Positions 26,453 through 34,476 are shown, numbered from the stretch's first letter. The stretch is DNA of 43,090 nt from Candidatus Methylacidiphilales bacterium (GCA_041730515.1 JBGSBN010000002.1:1-43090), one strand, 5' to 3'. A program made the numbers and translations. The notes: a model not told the origin generated them from the sequence alone.

Positions 26453-26510
26453 CCCCCTTGCCGAAAGCTTTTGGCACCCTTCGCTCATACAAAGGCTTAG
26501 CACAAGGGGG
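26453..26510. repeat. Hairpin module CCCCCTTG...(42 nt)...CAAGGGGG
   Basis: An 8-bp perfect stem (26453-26460 with 26503-26510) encloses the sub-hairpin gccgaaagcttttggc. A related copy lies at 39677-39721. Confidence 0.75.
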
Positions 26511-26552
26511 AATTATTCCCGCACGTTTCTTTAAATTTAAAACTAACACTTC

Positions 26553-26570
26553 GTCCGATAGCCATCGGAC
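26553..26570. repeat. Short GC hairpin gtccgat/agcc/atcggac followed by the AAGCTCAGTG motif
   Basis: 7-bp perfect stem with a 4-nt loop. The downstream gacaagctcagtg resembles 19150-19162. Confidence 0.65.
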
Positions 26571-26583
26571 AAGCTCAGTGTGA

Positions 26584-26639
26584 CAACTAGGTACTAAGAA
26601 CTAAGAACTTCGAACTAAAAACTATGAACTTCAAACTAT
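26584..26639. repeat. Period-7 degenerate array, GAACTAA type (~8 units), overlapping a stop codon
   Basis: Units read caactag gtactaa gaactaa gaacttc gaactaa aaactat gaacttc aaactat. The last unit supplies the TAG stop (26636-26638, minus strand) of the 570-aa gene. Confidence 0.85.
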
Positions 26640-28312
26640 CTTAGTAAAGTTACTGTGCCTTTTTGGGTTTGAGGAAAAAAGCCTTTGTACTGATAATTTA
26701 CTAAAACTACAAATACGCCAATGCCGATGTTTTTAGCATCCCATGCTTTGGTGGGGTCGGTGGTGGTAAATACTTCAGTGCCCCAACTGTCAAATATTTT
26801 AAACTCATATTTGAGTAGATTTTTTGTTTTAAATATGGGTTTAAAGCTGTCGTTTAAGTTATCGTTATTGGGAGTAAAAGCATTGGGTATAAATACTTCG
26901 GTTTTGCAAAGTTCATCTACTATGATGCTTTTGGTTTGGGTGCAGTTAAAACTATCAGTTACTATTAAGTTATATATTTGGGCTTGTTGGCTATACACTG
27001 TTTTGGTGGTTTCGCCTGTGGGTTGCCAAAGGTAAGTTTTAAATTGAGCACCTGCATCTAGCAGTATTTGAGGCACATCTTCAAAACAAGTAGTAGTATC
27101 GGTTATGGGTATTTGAATGGCCGGCTTTTGTGTAATGGTAACAGTATCGGTTAAGGTACAAGTATTTTTAGTTACCGTTAACCATACTTTTATGTTACCA
27201 TTCAACAAATCAACTTCATTAACTAATAAACCATTAACTAAAGAACCATCTTGCCATAAATAACTATCGTTAGCGGTAGCGGTTAAGGTTAAGTTGGGTT
27301 GGTTAAAACAGAAAAAGGTATCTTTAGGTAAACCTGTGCTAATGGGTTGATTGATTAAATTGATACTATCCCACATATACACCGTGCCACCATACAGCCA
27401 ACTTTTTACCCAAACCAAACCTGGCTGGGTAAATTGGCGCAGCTTATCTGTTTTATTGCCATCGTGCCATTCAAAACTATCTGCCTGCGCTACTGCACCC
27501 AACTGCAAAGGTACATTGCTACATAAAATGCTATCGTAATAATGGGTGGTATTTTGCGGGATGAGGGATACATCGTCTATGAAGTATGCTGCTTCTTCCA
27601 TTTCTTTATTTAACCATGGTTCAGGGTGACCATAAGTATTATAAAATTTGGTATTTGCGTAAGGGTTAAAAGTTCCAATTAACACATATTGTTCAGTTCC
27701 ATTGGCTTCAAATATGCCACTTACCTCCATCCAATTGATGGTATCACTTAAAATTTTGGTTGAATCATTATTTATTTGAGCAGTTAACTCTATATAATTA
27801 TTATTTTTCAATTTAGGTATAGAACTACAAAATAACATACCCATATTAGAAATGGTTAAACTTCTATGATGTCCCAAATTCATTTTATCACAAGCTGCAC
27901 AAAAAAAACTTCCTTTATATTTTAACCTGTTAATACATTTTTCTTTTAACCTATTACCCATATAATCATTTTCAAAACCTATATTATCATAATAATGAAA
28001 GGTAGCAACATGAAATGCAGCATGAGCATTTCCACTCTTGGCAAATTGATAACTACTACCATTTTGTGGCACTCCAAAGCCAAAAGGGAACGGTAAAGAA
28101 TTGGAATAAGGATTAGAACAACTATTCAAATAAGTAGGACCAGAATATCCGCCAAGCCCAAACCATTGAAATGCATTTAAATTAGAATCTAGTAAAGTTG
28201 TTTCAGTTGGGCAGTTTTTATAATCCTCAAAACTTGGATTTGATACTAAGTTAGGTTGCGCATTTGTTAATTGCACAAATAAAAAAAATATAAATAAAGT
28301 AAAGTACTTCAT
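26636..28312 (-). CDS. T9SS type B sorting domain-containing protein (gliding motility-associated C-terminal domain, adhesin-like)
   Basis: The C-terminal FIPNAFTPNNDNLNDSFKP...VTLLR region matches the CHU_C/type B domain. The ORF opens at 28348, but Met13 (ATG 28312, MKYFTLFIFFLFVQLTNAQ) gives a clean signal peptide. Confidence 0.85.
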   Translation of the reverse strand: MKYFTLFIFFLFVQLTNAQPNLVSNPSFEDYKNCPTETTLLDSNLNAFQWFGLGGYSGPTYLNSCSNPYSNSLPFPFGFGVPQNGSSYQFAKSGNAHAAFHVATFHYYDNIGFENDYMGNRLKEKCINRLKYKGSFFCAACDKMNLGHHRSLTISNMGMLFCSSIPKLKNNNYIELTAQINNDSTKILSDTINWMEVSGIFEANGTEQYVLIGTFNPYANTKFYNTYGHPEPWLNKEMEEAAYFIDDVSLIPQNTTHYYDSILCSNVPLQLGAVAQADSFEWHDGNKTDKLRQFTQPGLVWVKSWLYGGTVYMWDSINLINQPISTGLPKDTFFCFNQPNLTLTATANDSYLWQDGSLVNGLLVNEVDLLNGNIKVWLTVTKNTCTLTDTVTITQKPAIQIPITDTTTCFEDVPQILLDAGAQFKTYLWQPTGETTKTVYSQQAQIYNLIVTDSFNCTQTKSIIVDELCKTEVFIPNAFTPNNDNLNDSFKPIFKTKNLLKYEFKIFDSWGTEVFTTTDPTKAWDAKNIGIGVFVVLVNYQYKGFFPQTQKGTVTLLR

Positions 28313-28370
28313 ACCATACAAATTTGATAAAACTATTGGAAAAAACAAATAAAAACGTGTTGCCCAAACT

Positions 28371-28398
28371 CCCCTCCTTGGAGGGGTTGGGGGTGGGT
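28371..28398. repeat. C-rich/G-rich palindromic module
   Basis: cccctccttggagggg (28371-28386) is a near-perfect palindrome, followed by ttgggggtggg. Confidence 0.6.
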
Positions 28399-28411
28399 AA
28401 AATGCCTAAAT

Positions 28412-28450
28412 AAAAAAGCCCAACTGAATTTGTTTCGGTCGGGCTTTTTT
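28412..28450. terminator. Bidirectional intrinsic terminator
   Basis: A6 + agccc-aactg ... cggt-c-gggct + T6. The core is 5 bp plus 4 bp separated by one mismatch. It lies 100 nt upstream of the 26636-28312 start and 585 nt downstream of the 29035 stop (minus-strand sense). Confidence 0.6.
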
Positions 28451-28517
28451 ACATTTTAAACTAATGGCTTTTATAAAGAGGAATTTGGCTAAAGCCTTTT
28501 ATGCTTTATCATCTGCT

Positions 28518-28537
28518 CCACGCCCTAAAGGGCGCGG
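28518..28537. repeat. GC hairpin ccacgccc/taaa/gggcgcgg
   Basis: 8-position stem with one mismatch and a 4-nt loop. Preceded by ggcttt...aaagcc pairing (28466-28496). Confidence 0.6.
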
Positions 28538-28632
28538 CAATTAATCCTTCTATACTGTAAAGTCAAATGGATAGGATAATTAGTTGTAAATATTACAAAA
28601 ACTAATAAGTATAAAGCCAAATGGTATTGAAA

Positions 28633-28685
28633 ATTTGTCCTCGGTTGGTGTCCTCACCAATCGAATAAGGTGCGGTGAGGACAAA
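28633..28685. repeat. Module shared with 15344-15375, able to form mutually exclusive hairpins
   Basis: tttgtcctc (28634-28642) pairs with gaggacaaa (28677-28685). ttggtg (28645-28650) pairs with caccaa (28655-28660). Alternatively gtcctcacc (28650-28658) pairs with ggtgaggac (28674-28682). Confidence 0.75.
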
Positions 28686-28700
28686 GACCTTGGACGGGGT

Positions 28701-28874
28701 AGGTGGCATAATTCATTTGTGGAATGCCTCCTAGTTTTGAATAGGTGGCATCCCACGGTTGTGGAATGCCTCCTTGTTTTGAATGGGTGCCTCCGCACAG
28801 TTGTGGAATGCCACCTAGTTTTGAATAGGTGGCATCGCACAGTTGTGGAACGCCTCCTAGTGTTGAATAGGTGT
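28701..28874. repeat. Tandem array of 42-nt hairpin units (4 full units plus a 6-nt start of a fifth)
   Basis: Units span 28701-28742, 28743-28784, 28785-28826 and 28827-28868. Consensus AGGTGGCATCnCACnGTTGTGGAATGCCTCCTAGTTTTGAAT. No unique spacers. Confidence 0.92.
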
Positions 28875-28883
28875 TTTTTTAAC

Positions 28884-28932
28884 GATATTCGTTATTCGAT
28901 ATTCGATATTCGTTGTTCGTTATTCGATATTG
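28884..28932. repeat. Period-7 array, G(A/T)T(A/G)TTC type (7 units)
   Basis: Units read gatattc gttattc gatattc gatattc gttgttc gttattc gatattg. Confidence 0.88.
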
Positions 28933-28937
28933 GTTTA

Positions 28938-28986
28938 ACAGTCAGACGCCTTGCCTTCGCAAATCTTTGCGCAATCGTCTGACTGT
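28938..28986. repeat. Hairpin module ACAGTCAGACG...CGTCTGACTGT (copy 1)
   Basis: 11-bp perfect stem (28938-28948 with 28976-28986) and a 27-nt loop holding the inner hairpin cgcaa/atct/ttgcg. Copy 2 lies at 34344-34392. Confidence 0.88.
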
Positions 28987-29034
28987 ACGTGATTCGAATT
29001 TTGAATTTCTTTTTTCGAATTTTGAAATTAACAA

Positions 29035-32000
29035 TTATTGTTTAATAAATTTATAAGTAAATTGGCTTAGTTGGTTGTTTATTTTTAAATAATAAACTCC
29101 TGTGCTTAATTCATTTAAATCTATCACTTGGCTTGTGGTGAAATCTTTAATTTGCTTTTGTTTTATAACTTTACCTTCTATTGAATAAACTATAATCTCA
29201 AAATTACCAGTTTGGTTGTGTTTTGAAGTTATATATAGTTTATCGCTAGTTGGGTTTGGAAACACTATAAAACTATTGTTAACCTTAATATTATTTACAC
29301 TAATTGAGCCATTTATAATCACCTCTAAATTATTTAAAATAGTACAATCGTTAATTGAATCGGTTACTTTTATCCAAGCAGAACTGTCAGCACCATTCCA
29401 TTGCACATTAACCATATTGGTTCCTTGTCCACCAGTAATGGAGCCTCCTTTTATTTGCCAATTATAAAAATGACCTGTAGCATTATTTACCGAATAACTA
29501 GCTGTGGTATTTTCATTTACCACTGGAGGACCTATAATTAGTTGTTTTTGTATTTTGTAAATATAAGTTTGATCGCCTAAAGTACATCCAAATTTACTTT
29601 TTACCTCAAACGAGTACAAGCCTTCTTTATCTGCTGCAAAGCAATATAGTCCTTGTAATTGCGGTTGAAGATTGTCATTAATTCTCCAAGAAATATTGGT
29701 AAAATCGCCATTTAATAAGGCAATGGTCGAAAAATCATTACACAATACTGTTGAGTCTGGTATTAAATCAATGGGTGCATTTGGTTTAATATTTAAAAAA
29801 GAAATACAAGTATCCCAAGCTCCTGTACTATCGCGGCTTATCATGCTTACCTTATAAGTACCTACATTTGGAAATTTATGTAATGGGTTATTTCCAAATG
29901 CATCTATTACTCCATCCGACTCAAAATCCCAATAAATTCTTTCGTAAAAATAAGTTCTGTTTTTATAGCAACGAGCAATTGGATTTCCAAGATTATCTGT
30001 TAGCAATGTTAAATTCCCATAATTTACAGGGCACACAGTTACACTTATAGGGTAATCAATATAATTACTTGCATCAAAAGTTATTCTAGTATTTATTGAA
30101 TCTTGCGGATAATTGTGTTTGGTGTAAGCCCACTCAAACATGTTTCCTTGATCAAAATTTAATAAATTATTTTCGTTTGCAGCATAATTTAATGGTCTGC
30201 TACATGATTGGCCAGGATACCAATACCTGATTGAGTCTTTAAAATAAACAGTTTCGCCTAAACAAAACTCATTACTAAATTCACCACTATAGTTTGAGGT
30301 AGTAAAGGTATCAATCACTCCAATTATTATAAATTTGCTAGCTGAACTTTTACCTCCTGAAATATTATTAGAAATATAATGCGTTACTCGAGTAATATCT
30401 TCTGTAGGGAATAAATTTCCATTACCATCTTGTAACTTCATTTGAGCTGATGTTTGTGTGTAAACATGCCAAATTGGATTTAGTAGGAATGATTTATTAG
30501 TAACCTTTATAATGGTATCTATTTTTGTAGGCGTGGTTTTAAAAATATCATCACAAGCATAAGTTTTATTGATAGTGGTATCTCTGATAATATTGGTTAA
30601 AGGTATGGTGCTAAATGATTTTAATTTCCAAGGAAATACCAATGCATCCATTTCAAAACGTTTTCTACTAATTACATTATCAATATTAGTAGGAGCATAG
30701 TAAAATGAATCAATGGTAGCTGTTCCGTCACCCCATTCCCATACATCGGCTAGAATATTTTGTTGATTGCTATTGGTATGATAAAATTTAACAGAATCGC
30801 CTTTATTAGTTAAAGTACAAAACGACTCGTTAGGAAACGTAGCCCTATTTTTATTATCAATTACAAAATCGGCATCTAATCCTACAAACCTAAAAAAGTT
30901 ATGATACCAAACTGCATCAGATACATTTTCAGGGATATCACAATTAAATGGAGAAGAACAACCACTGCCTACAATTAAACCAATGGTTACATCACCATTT
31001 TTGCTAAAAGGCATATTAGTGCTTCCATCGGGGCTAAAACCATTAGGATAATAATTCATAAATGTACGAGCACCTGATGGAGTGAAATACCTATTTGGTG
31101 GAGAATAATTTGGAAACATTCTCATATAAGGCATGGTTGTTCCACTAGGAGTTATTCCACCATTAAAATCAACAAATCCATCTAGCACGCATGGTGTAGC
31201 ATCGTTTCTATCTAATAATGAATCGTAATTAATACTAATAAAAGTTCTATTTACGCTTGGTAAAATACCTGGAGCTTTTTTAGTTTTTTGTGCATTTAAA
31301 AAACCTGTTGAGTCAAAAACTAATTGAGGGTCGCCCCCAAAATCGCCTAATTTTCTGCCTGGATATTCAATACCATCTTTTCCTAACCCAAAAGCATCTG
31401 GCCTAGTAAAATTAAGTTTAAGCGTTGTTTCCGAAATACAACCTCCAACAGCAGAATCTTTTACTTGCAGTTTTACAATTGGATCTTTAATAACCATGCG
31501 TTGAAAAACATATTTATATAAAGTATAATCAATCTTTCCTTTTATTAGGGTATTTCCTGTATAATTTCTTTGCATTCCATTTGGTAAAATTCCTAAGTCG
31601 TTAGGAGTTATGGTTCCATTAGGTGTTATGCTATGTCCGGCAGAAATAACATAATTAGGAAAACCATTAATAGTAGCAATTGGATCGGGAATATCTTTAG
31701 TAATTAAAATGGGAGCATTTGGTAAAAAATCGGCTGGCCAAATATTTACCATGGTATCGTACCTTGTAGGAATAGGCCCAACTGCAGTTATTGGTTTTCT
31801 CCACGAGGCGGTATCGCGCGGCTGTACCCAATTTTTTCCTGAAGGAGGCAATTGTATAGTTGGCCAAACGGAATAACCAGTAGCCCATTTTGTAGAATCG
31901 TATGGAGGAAAATCGTGACCACTTACATGCCAATCGTAAATTATATCCCAATTGGTATAAGATTTAATTGGCAATGAATCTAACGAAAACCTTTGATTTG

Positions 32001-33405
32001 TAATACGGCCCAAATAAGTATTGCCGTTAGCAGTAAATAATCCAAATGTTCTGTTTTGTAAATCACCTGCATCTGTGTAAGGAGGTTTTCCTTGATTTGC
32101 GGCACTAGCATTAGGAACAGAAAATGAAATAGCACCAACTCCAAATCTATCGTCAAAATCCCACATATTGGATACACCTTTTGTTTGATAACCTGAAGAA
32201 ACATTTGTAAATAGTACAGGAAAATTAGGCCCTGCTTGATTTTTTTGAAAAGATGAAATTTTACCAGCGGTTCCAAACTCAGTTGATTCAATTTGAGCTA
32301 TTAGACCAACAATATTTATTCCATAACCATATAATTTATTAACCGCAATTTTCTTTAAAGTATCGGCATTACTCTTTTTAAAGAAGGCCCATTTTGAAGT
32401 TAAACTATCGGTTAATAGGTTGTTTTTATAAATTAAGGATTTGAAAAATAATGTATCTCTACTTGCCAATAATTTACCATTAATGGTATTTAACGATGTT
32501 AAACTTTGAGCAGATGGATTGAATAATGTGTTAGATGGTACAGTATCAATTTTAGTAAAATAATTAAAAACTAATGGAGAAACATTAGGACAATTTACCG
32601 TTAAAGTTGGAAAATACTGACCCAATTTTTTATAGGTATAAGTAGCTTGTTCTAAATTATTAAATATTGAAAACTCAGGCAATACCTCATTATAATCCTT
32701 AAAGTTCCATGAATAACTCAAATTTTTATGCAATTTATACTTATTAGCCAAGGTAACAGTAGCATTTTGAGGGCAAAGCGAATCAGATGTTTTGTTTGAT
32801 ACAATATCTATTTTGAACTTAATATTTTCTGGTAATGCTTCACCAGTAGTTTCAAACCTAAAAGTATCAATGCAACCAAGTATATTATTTTTTATGGCCA
32901 AATAAGGTTTAAAAATACCTTCTTTGTAATAGGTATGAATAAATGGTTTGGTCCACATATTTAAATCGGTAATAGTATTGGAGTTACTGTCAGAAACATA
33001 ACTTTGTCCATCACCAAAATTCAACTGAAAATTATACCTAACAGTGGTATAACCCAAATTGGTTGTATTGGTAAATACATACTTTGACGAATCACATCTT
33101 GCTGATCCAGTTAAAGTAAACTGAGGTAAAGCCGCCTTTTTAACCACCACACTATCAAAAGCAACGCATCCGTTTGCTGTTCTAGCTACCAAATAATAAG
33201 TAGCAGATTTAGTAGCGTAAATTTGATTGGTACTTTGTCCTGTAGACCAAAGGTATGAAACAAAACCCGTTGGTGCAGAAAGTAAAACACTATCCTTTCC
33301 ACAGATTTCAATAATGCCAGATGGAGCAATGGAAATGGTGCATTGCCCTCGAGCAACTGATTGTAAAATAAATAGTAAAAAAAGTAAAGAGAGATTTCTT
33401 TTCAT
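29035..33405 (-). CDS. Large T9SS type A sorting domain-containing surface protein (adhesin-like, Ig/PKD-like repeats)
   Basis: 1456 aa with signal peptide MKRNLSLLFLLFILQSVARGQ. Cys-containing Ig-like modules lie at both ends. The C-terminal FPNPTSDKLYI...GVYYLKI...KFIKQ region matches Por_Secre_tail. Confidence 0.88.
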   Translation of the reverse strand: MKRNLSLLFLLFILQSVARGQCTISIAPSGIIEICGKDSVLLSAPTGFVSYLWSTGQSTNQIYATKSATYYLVARTANGCVAFDSVVVKKAALPQFTLTGSARCDSSKYVFTNTTNLGYTTVRYNFQLNFGDGQSYVSDSNSNTITDLNMWTKPFIHTYYKEGIFKPYLAIKNNILGCIDTFRFETTGEALPENIKFKIDIVSNKTSDSLCPQNATVTLANKYKLHKNLSYSWNFKDYNEVLPEFSIFNNLEQATYTYKKLGQYFPTLTVNCPNVSPLVFNYFTKIDTVPSNTLFNPSAQSLTSLNTINGKLLASRDTLFFKSLIYKNNLLTDSLTSKWAFFKKSNADTLKKIAVNKLYGYGINIVGLIAQIESTEFGTAGKISSFQKNQAGPNFPVLFTNVSSGYQTKGVSNMWDFDDRFGVGAISFSVPNASAANQGKPPYTDAGDLQNRTFGLFTANGNTYLGRITNQRFSLDSLPIKSYTNWDIIYDWHVSGHDFPPYDSTKWATGYSVWPTIQLPPSGKNWVQPRDTASWRKPITAVGPIPTRYDTMVNIWPADFLPNAPILITKDIPDPIATINGFPNYVISAGHSITPNGTITPNDLGILPNGMQRNYTGNTLIKGKIDYTLYKYVFQRMVIKDPIVKLQVKDSAVGGCISETTLKLNFTRPDAFGLGKDGIEYPGRKLGDFGGDPQLVFDSTGFLNAQKTKKAPGILPSVNRTFISINYDSLLDRNDATPCVLDGFVDFNGGITPSGTTMPYMRMFPNYSPPNRYFTPSGARTFMNYYPNGFSPDGSTNMPFSKNGDVTIGLIVGSGCSSPFNCDIPENVSDAVWYHNFFRFVGLDADFVIDNKNRATFPNESFCTLTNKGDSVKFYHTNSNQQNILADVWEWGDGTATIDSFYYAPTNIDNVISRKRFEMDALVFPWKLKSFSTIPLTNIIRDTTINKTYACDDIFKTTPTKIDTIIKVTNKSFLLNPIWHVYTQTSAQMKLQDGNGNLFPTEDITRVTHYISNNISGGKSSASKFIIIGVIDTFTTSNYSGEFSNEFCLGETVYFKDSIRYWYPGQSCSRPLNYAANENNLLNFDQGNMFEWAYTKHNYPQDSINTRITFDASNYIDYPISVTVCPVNYGNLTLLTDNLGNPIARCYKNRTYFYERIYWDFESDGVIDAFGNNPLHKFPNVGTYKVSMISRDSTGAWDTCISFLNIKPNAPIDLIPDSTVLCNDFSTIALLNGDFTNISWRINDNLQPQLQGLYCFAADKEGLYSFEVKSKFGCTLGDQTYIYKIQKQLIIGPPVVNENTTASYSVNNATGHFYNWQIKGGSITGGQGTNMVNVQWNGADSSAWIKVTDSINDCTILNNLEVIINGSISVNNIKVNNSFIVFPNPTSDKLYITSKHNQTGNFEIIVYSIEGKVIKQKQIKDFTTSQVIDLNELSTGVYYLKINNQLSQFTYKFIKQ

Positions 33406-33530
33406 ATTAAAGCGTAATTTAATACCGCAATAAAAGAATAAATTTTAAAATTAAAAACAAATATTCATATTAAATTTAAAATATTTTAACCTAATTGTCA
33501 GATTGTTGGTAATTAAATAATTACAGAAAC

Positions 33531-34259
33531 CTATTCAAAACTTACTTCTCCTAAATTTACTATTACAATTCCAGCACTATCGGTTATCGTGTTTGGGTTA
33601 ATTGGCAGTAATTTGTACCTAAAGAATTTGCCATTTTTATAAAGCATTGCGGGAATTTTATGTACGAATTTTGCTTCTTTAAGCACATTCTTTACATTGT
33701 AAACTCCACCTTGATTAAGGGTGTAAAAGTGATGGTTTATGATGGTGTCTGTTATAAACTCATTCAACGCTTCCTTATTTGCTTTCGCTACAAAATCACT
33801 GTTGGTAGAATTTGGAAACAAATCATCATAAGTTTGGAATTTTTTAGCCATTTCTTCTTCATTTGCTATTTCTCCTATGCCATCATTTTGCATAACTTTT
33901 TCCAATTTTTTCAAATAAACTTGGTAAGTATTTCCATCATAAGGTAAACTAATATTTGCTTTATAACCATATTTAAGTTCGCGCTCAAAACAAATTGGTT
34001 TGTTTGCGGCATCAAAAAAGAAATTAGCAAATAAACAAACCCAAAAAGATACAGAAATAATGAAATACCATTCAGTTTTAAAATAAAAAACCAAGCTAAG
34101 TACTATAATTAAAATGCTTAAACCTAACCAAAGAAAAGGCGCTATTTCAAACCATTCAATAGATTGATTTAACCATATTTCTTTAATATTAAAATAACAC
34201 ATAAAAAGCCCTATGAGGAGGCTAAATATCAATGAAATTATGTTACGTTTTCTTTTCAA
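33531..34259 (-). CDS. Hypothetical membrane protein
   Basis: 242 aa with 3 N-terminal TM helices and a soluble C-terminal domain of unknown family. Confidence 0.6.
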   Translation of the reverse strand: MKRKRNIISLIFSLLIGLFMCYFNIKEIWLNQSIEWFEIAPFLWLGLSILIIVLSLVFYFKTEWYFIISVSFWVCLFANFFFDAANKPICFERELKYGYKANISLPYDGNTYQVYLKKLEKVMQNDGIGEIANEEEMAKKFQTYDDLFPNSTNSDFVAKANKEALNEFITDTIINHHFYTLNQGGVYNVKNVLKEAKFVHKIPAMLYKNGKFFRYKLLPINPNTITDSAGIVIVNLGEVSFE

Positions 34260-34303
34260 TTGGTTGTTTTGTTAAAACGGTCACTGAGCGGAGCCGAAGT
34301 GTC

Positions 34304-34338
34304 GTTATTCGTTGACCGTTGGTCGTTATTTGATTTTG
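34304..34338. repeat. Period-7 array, GTTnnTC type (5 units)
   Basis: Units read gttattc gttgacc gttggtc gttattt gattttg. Confidence 0.8.
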
Positions 34339-34343
34339 GTTTA

Positions 34344-34392
34344 ACAGTCTGACGCCTTGCCATTGCAAACCTCTACGCAATCGTCTGACTGT
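34344..34392. repeat. Hairpin module ACAGTCTGACG...CGTCTGACTGT (copy 2)
   Basis: 11-position stem with one central T:T mismatch. The loop is ~80% identical to copy 1. The flanks tggtttaacag and ttcgaatttt are conserved with copy 1. Confidence 0.85.
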
Positions 34393-34441
34393 ATATGCTT
34401 CGAATTTTTTTTGTTATTCTTTTTTTGATTTTTTTTAATAT

Positions 34442-34476
34442 GAACTAAGTACTTTGAACTAAGAACTTCGAACTAA
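34442..34476. repeat. Period-7 array, GAACTAA type (5 units)
   Basis: Units read gaactaa gtacttt gaactaa gaacttc gaactaa. Confidence 0.85.

Noticed and set aside
26382-26524. The 9-bp direct repeat TTCCCGCAC flanking a 125-bp segment could be a target-site duplication of an inserted element.
   Set aside because: The similarity continues beyond the 9 bp, as ttcccgcac(c/g)ttt(t/c)ttt, and the enclosed segment has no terminal inverted repeats. It is more likely two copies of another short module than a TSD.
28380-28398. G-rich run ggaggggttgggggtggg as a G-quadruplex.
   Set aside because: There are only three solid G-runs of 3 or more plus a GG. The first run is also the 3' arm of the cccctcc/ggagggg palindrome, so a duplex hairpin is the simpler reading. 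Folding calculations could not be done here.
28701-28874. Possible CRISPR array (regular repeats with GTTGTGGAAT-like words).
   Set aside because: The 42-nt units are contiguous with only ~6 variable positions, so there are no 25-40-nt unique spacers. No cas genes or leader are present in the window. It is a tandem hairpin array, not a CRISPR.
28580-28982. ORFs 28580-28840 (-) and 28635-28982 (+) from the six-frame track.
   Set aside because: Both are read-through of the 42-nt array (42 nt = 14 codons) and the heptamer array, giving reiterated peptides such as RHSTTVGCHLFKTR. They overlap each other on opposite strands and have no start context. They are artefacts of the repeats.
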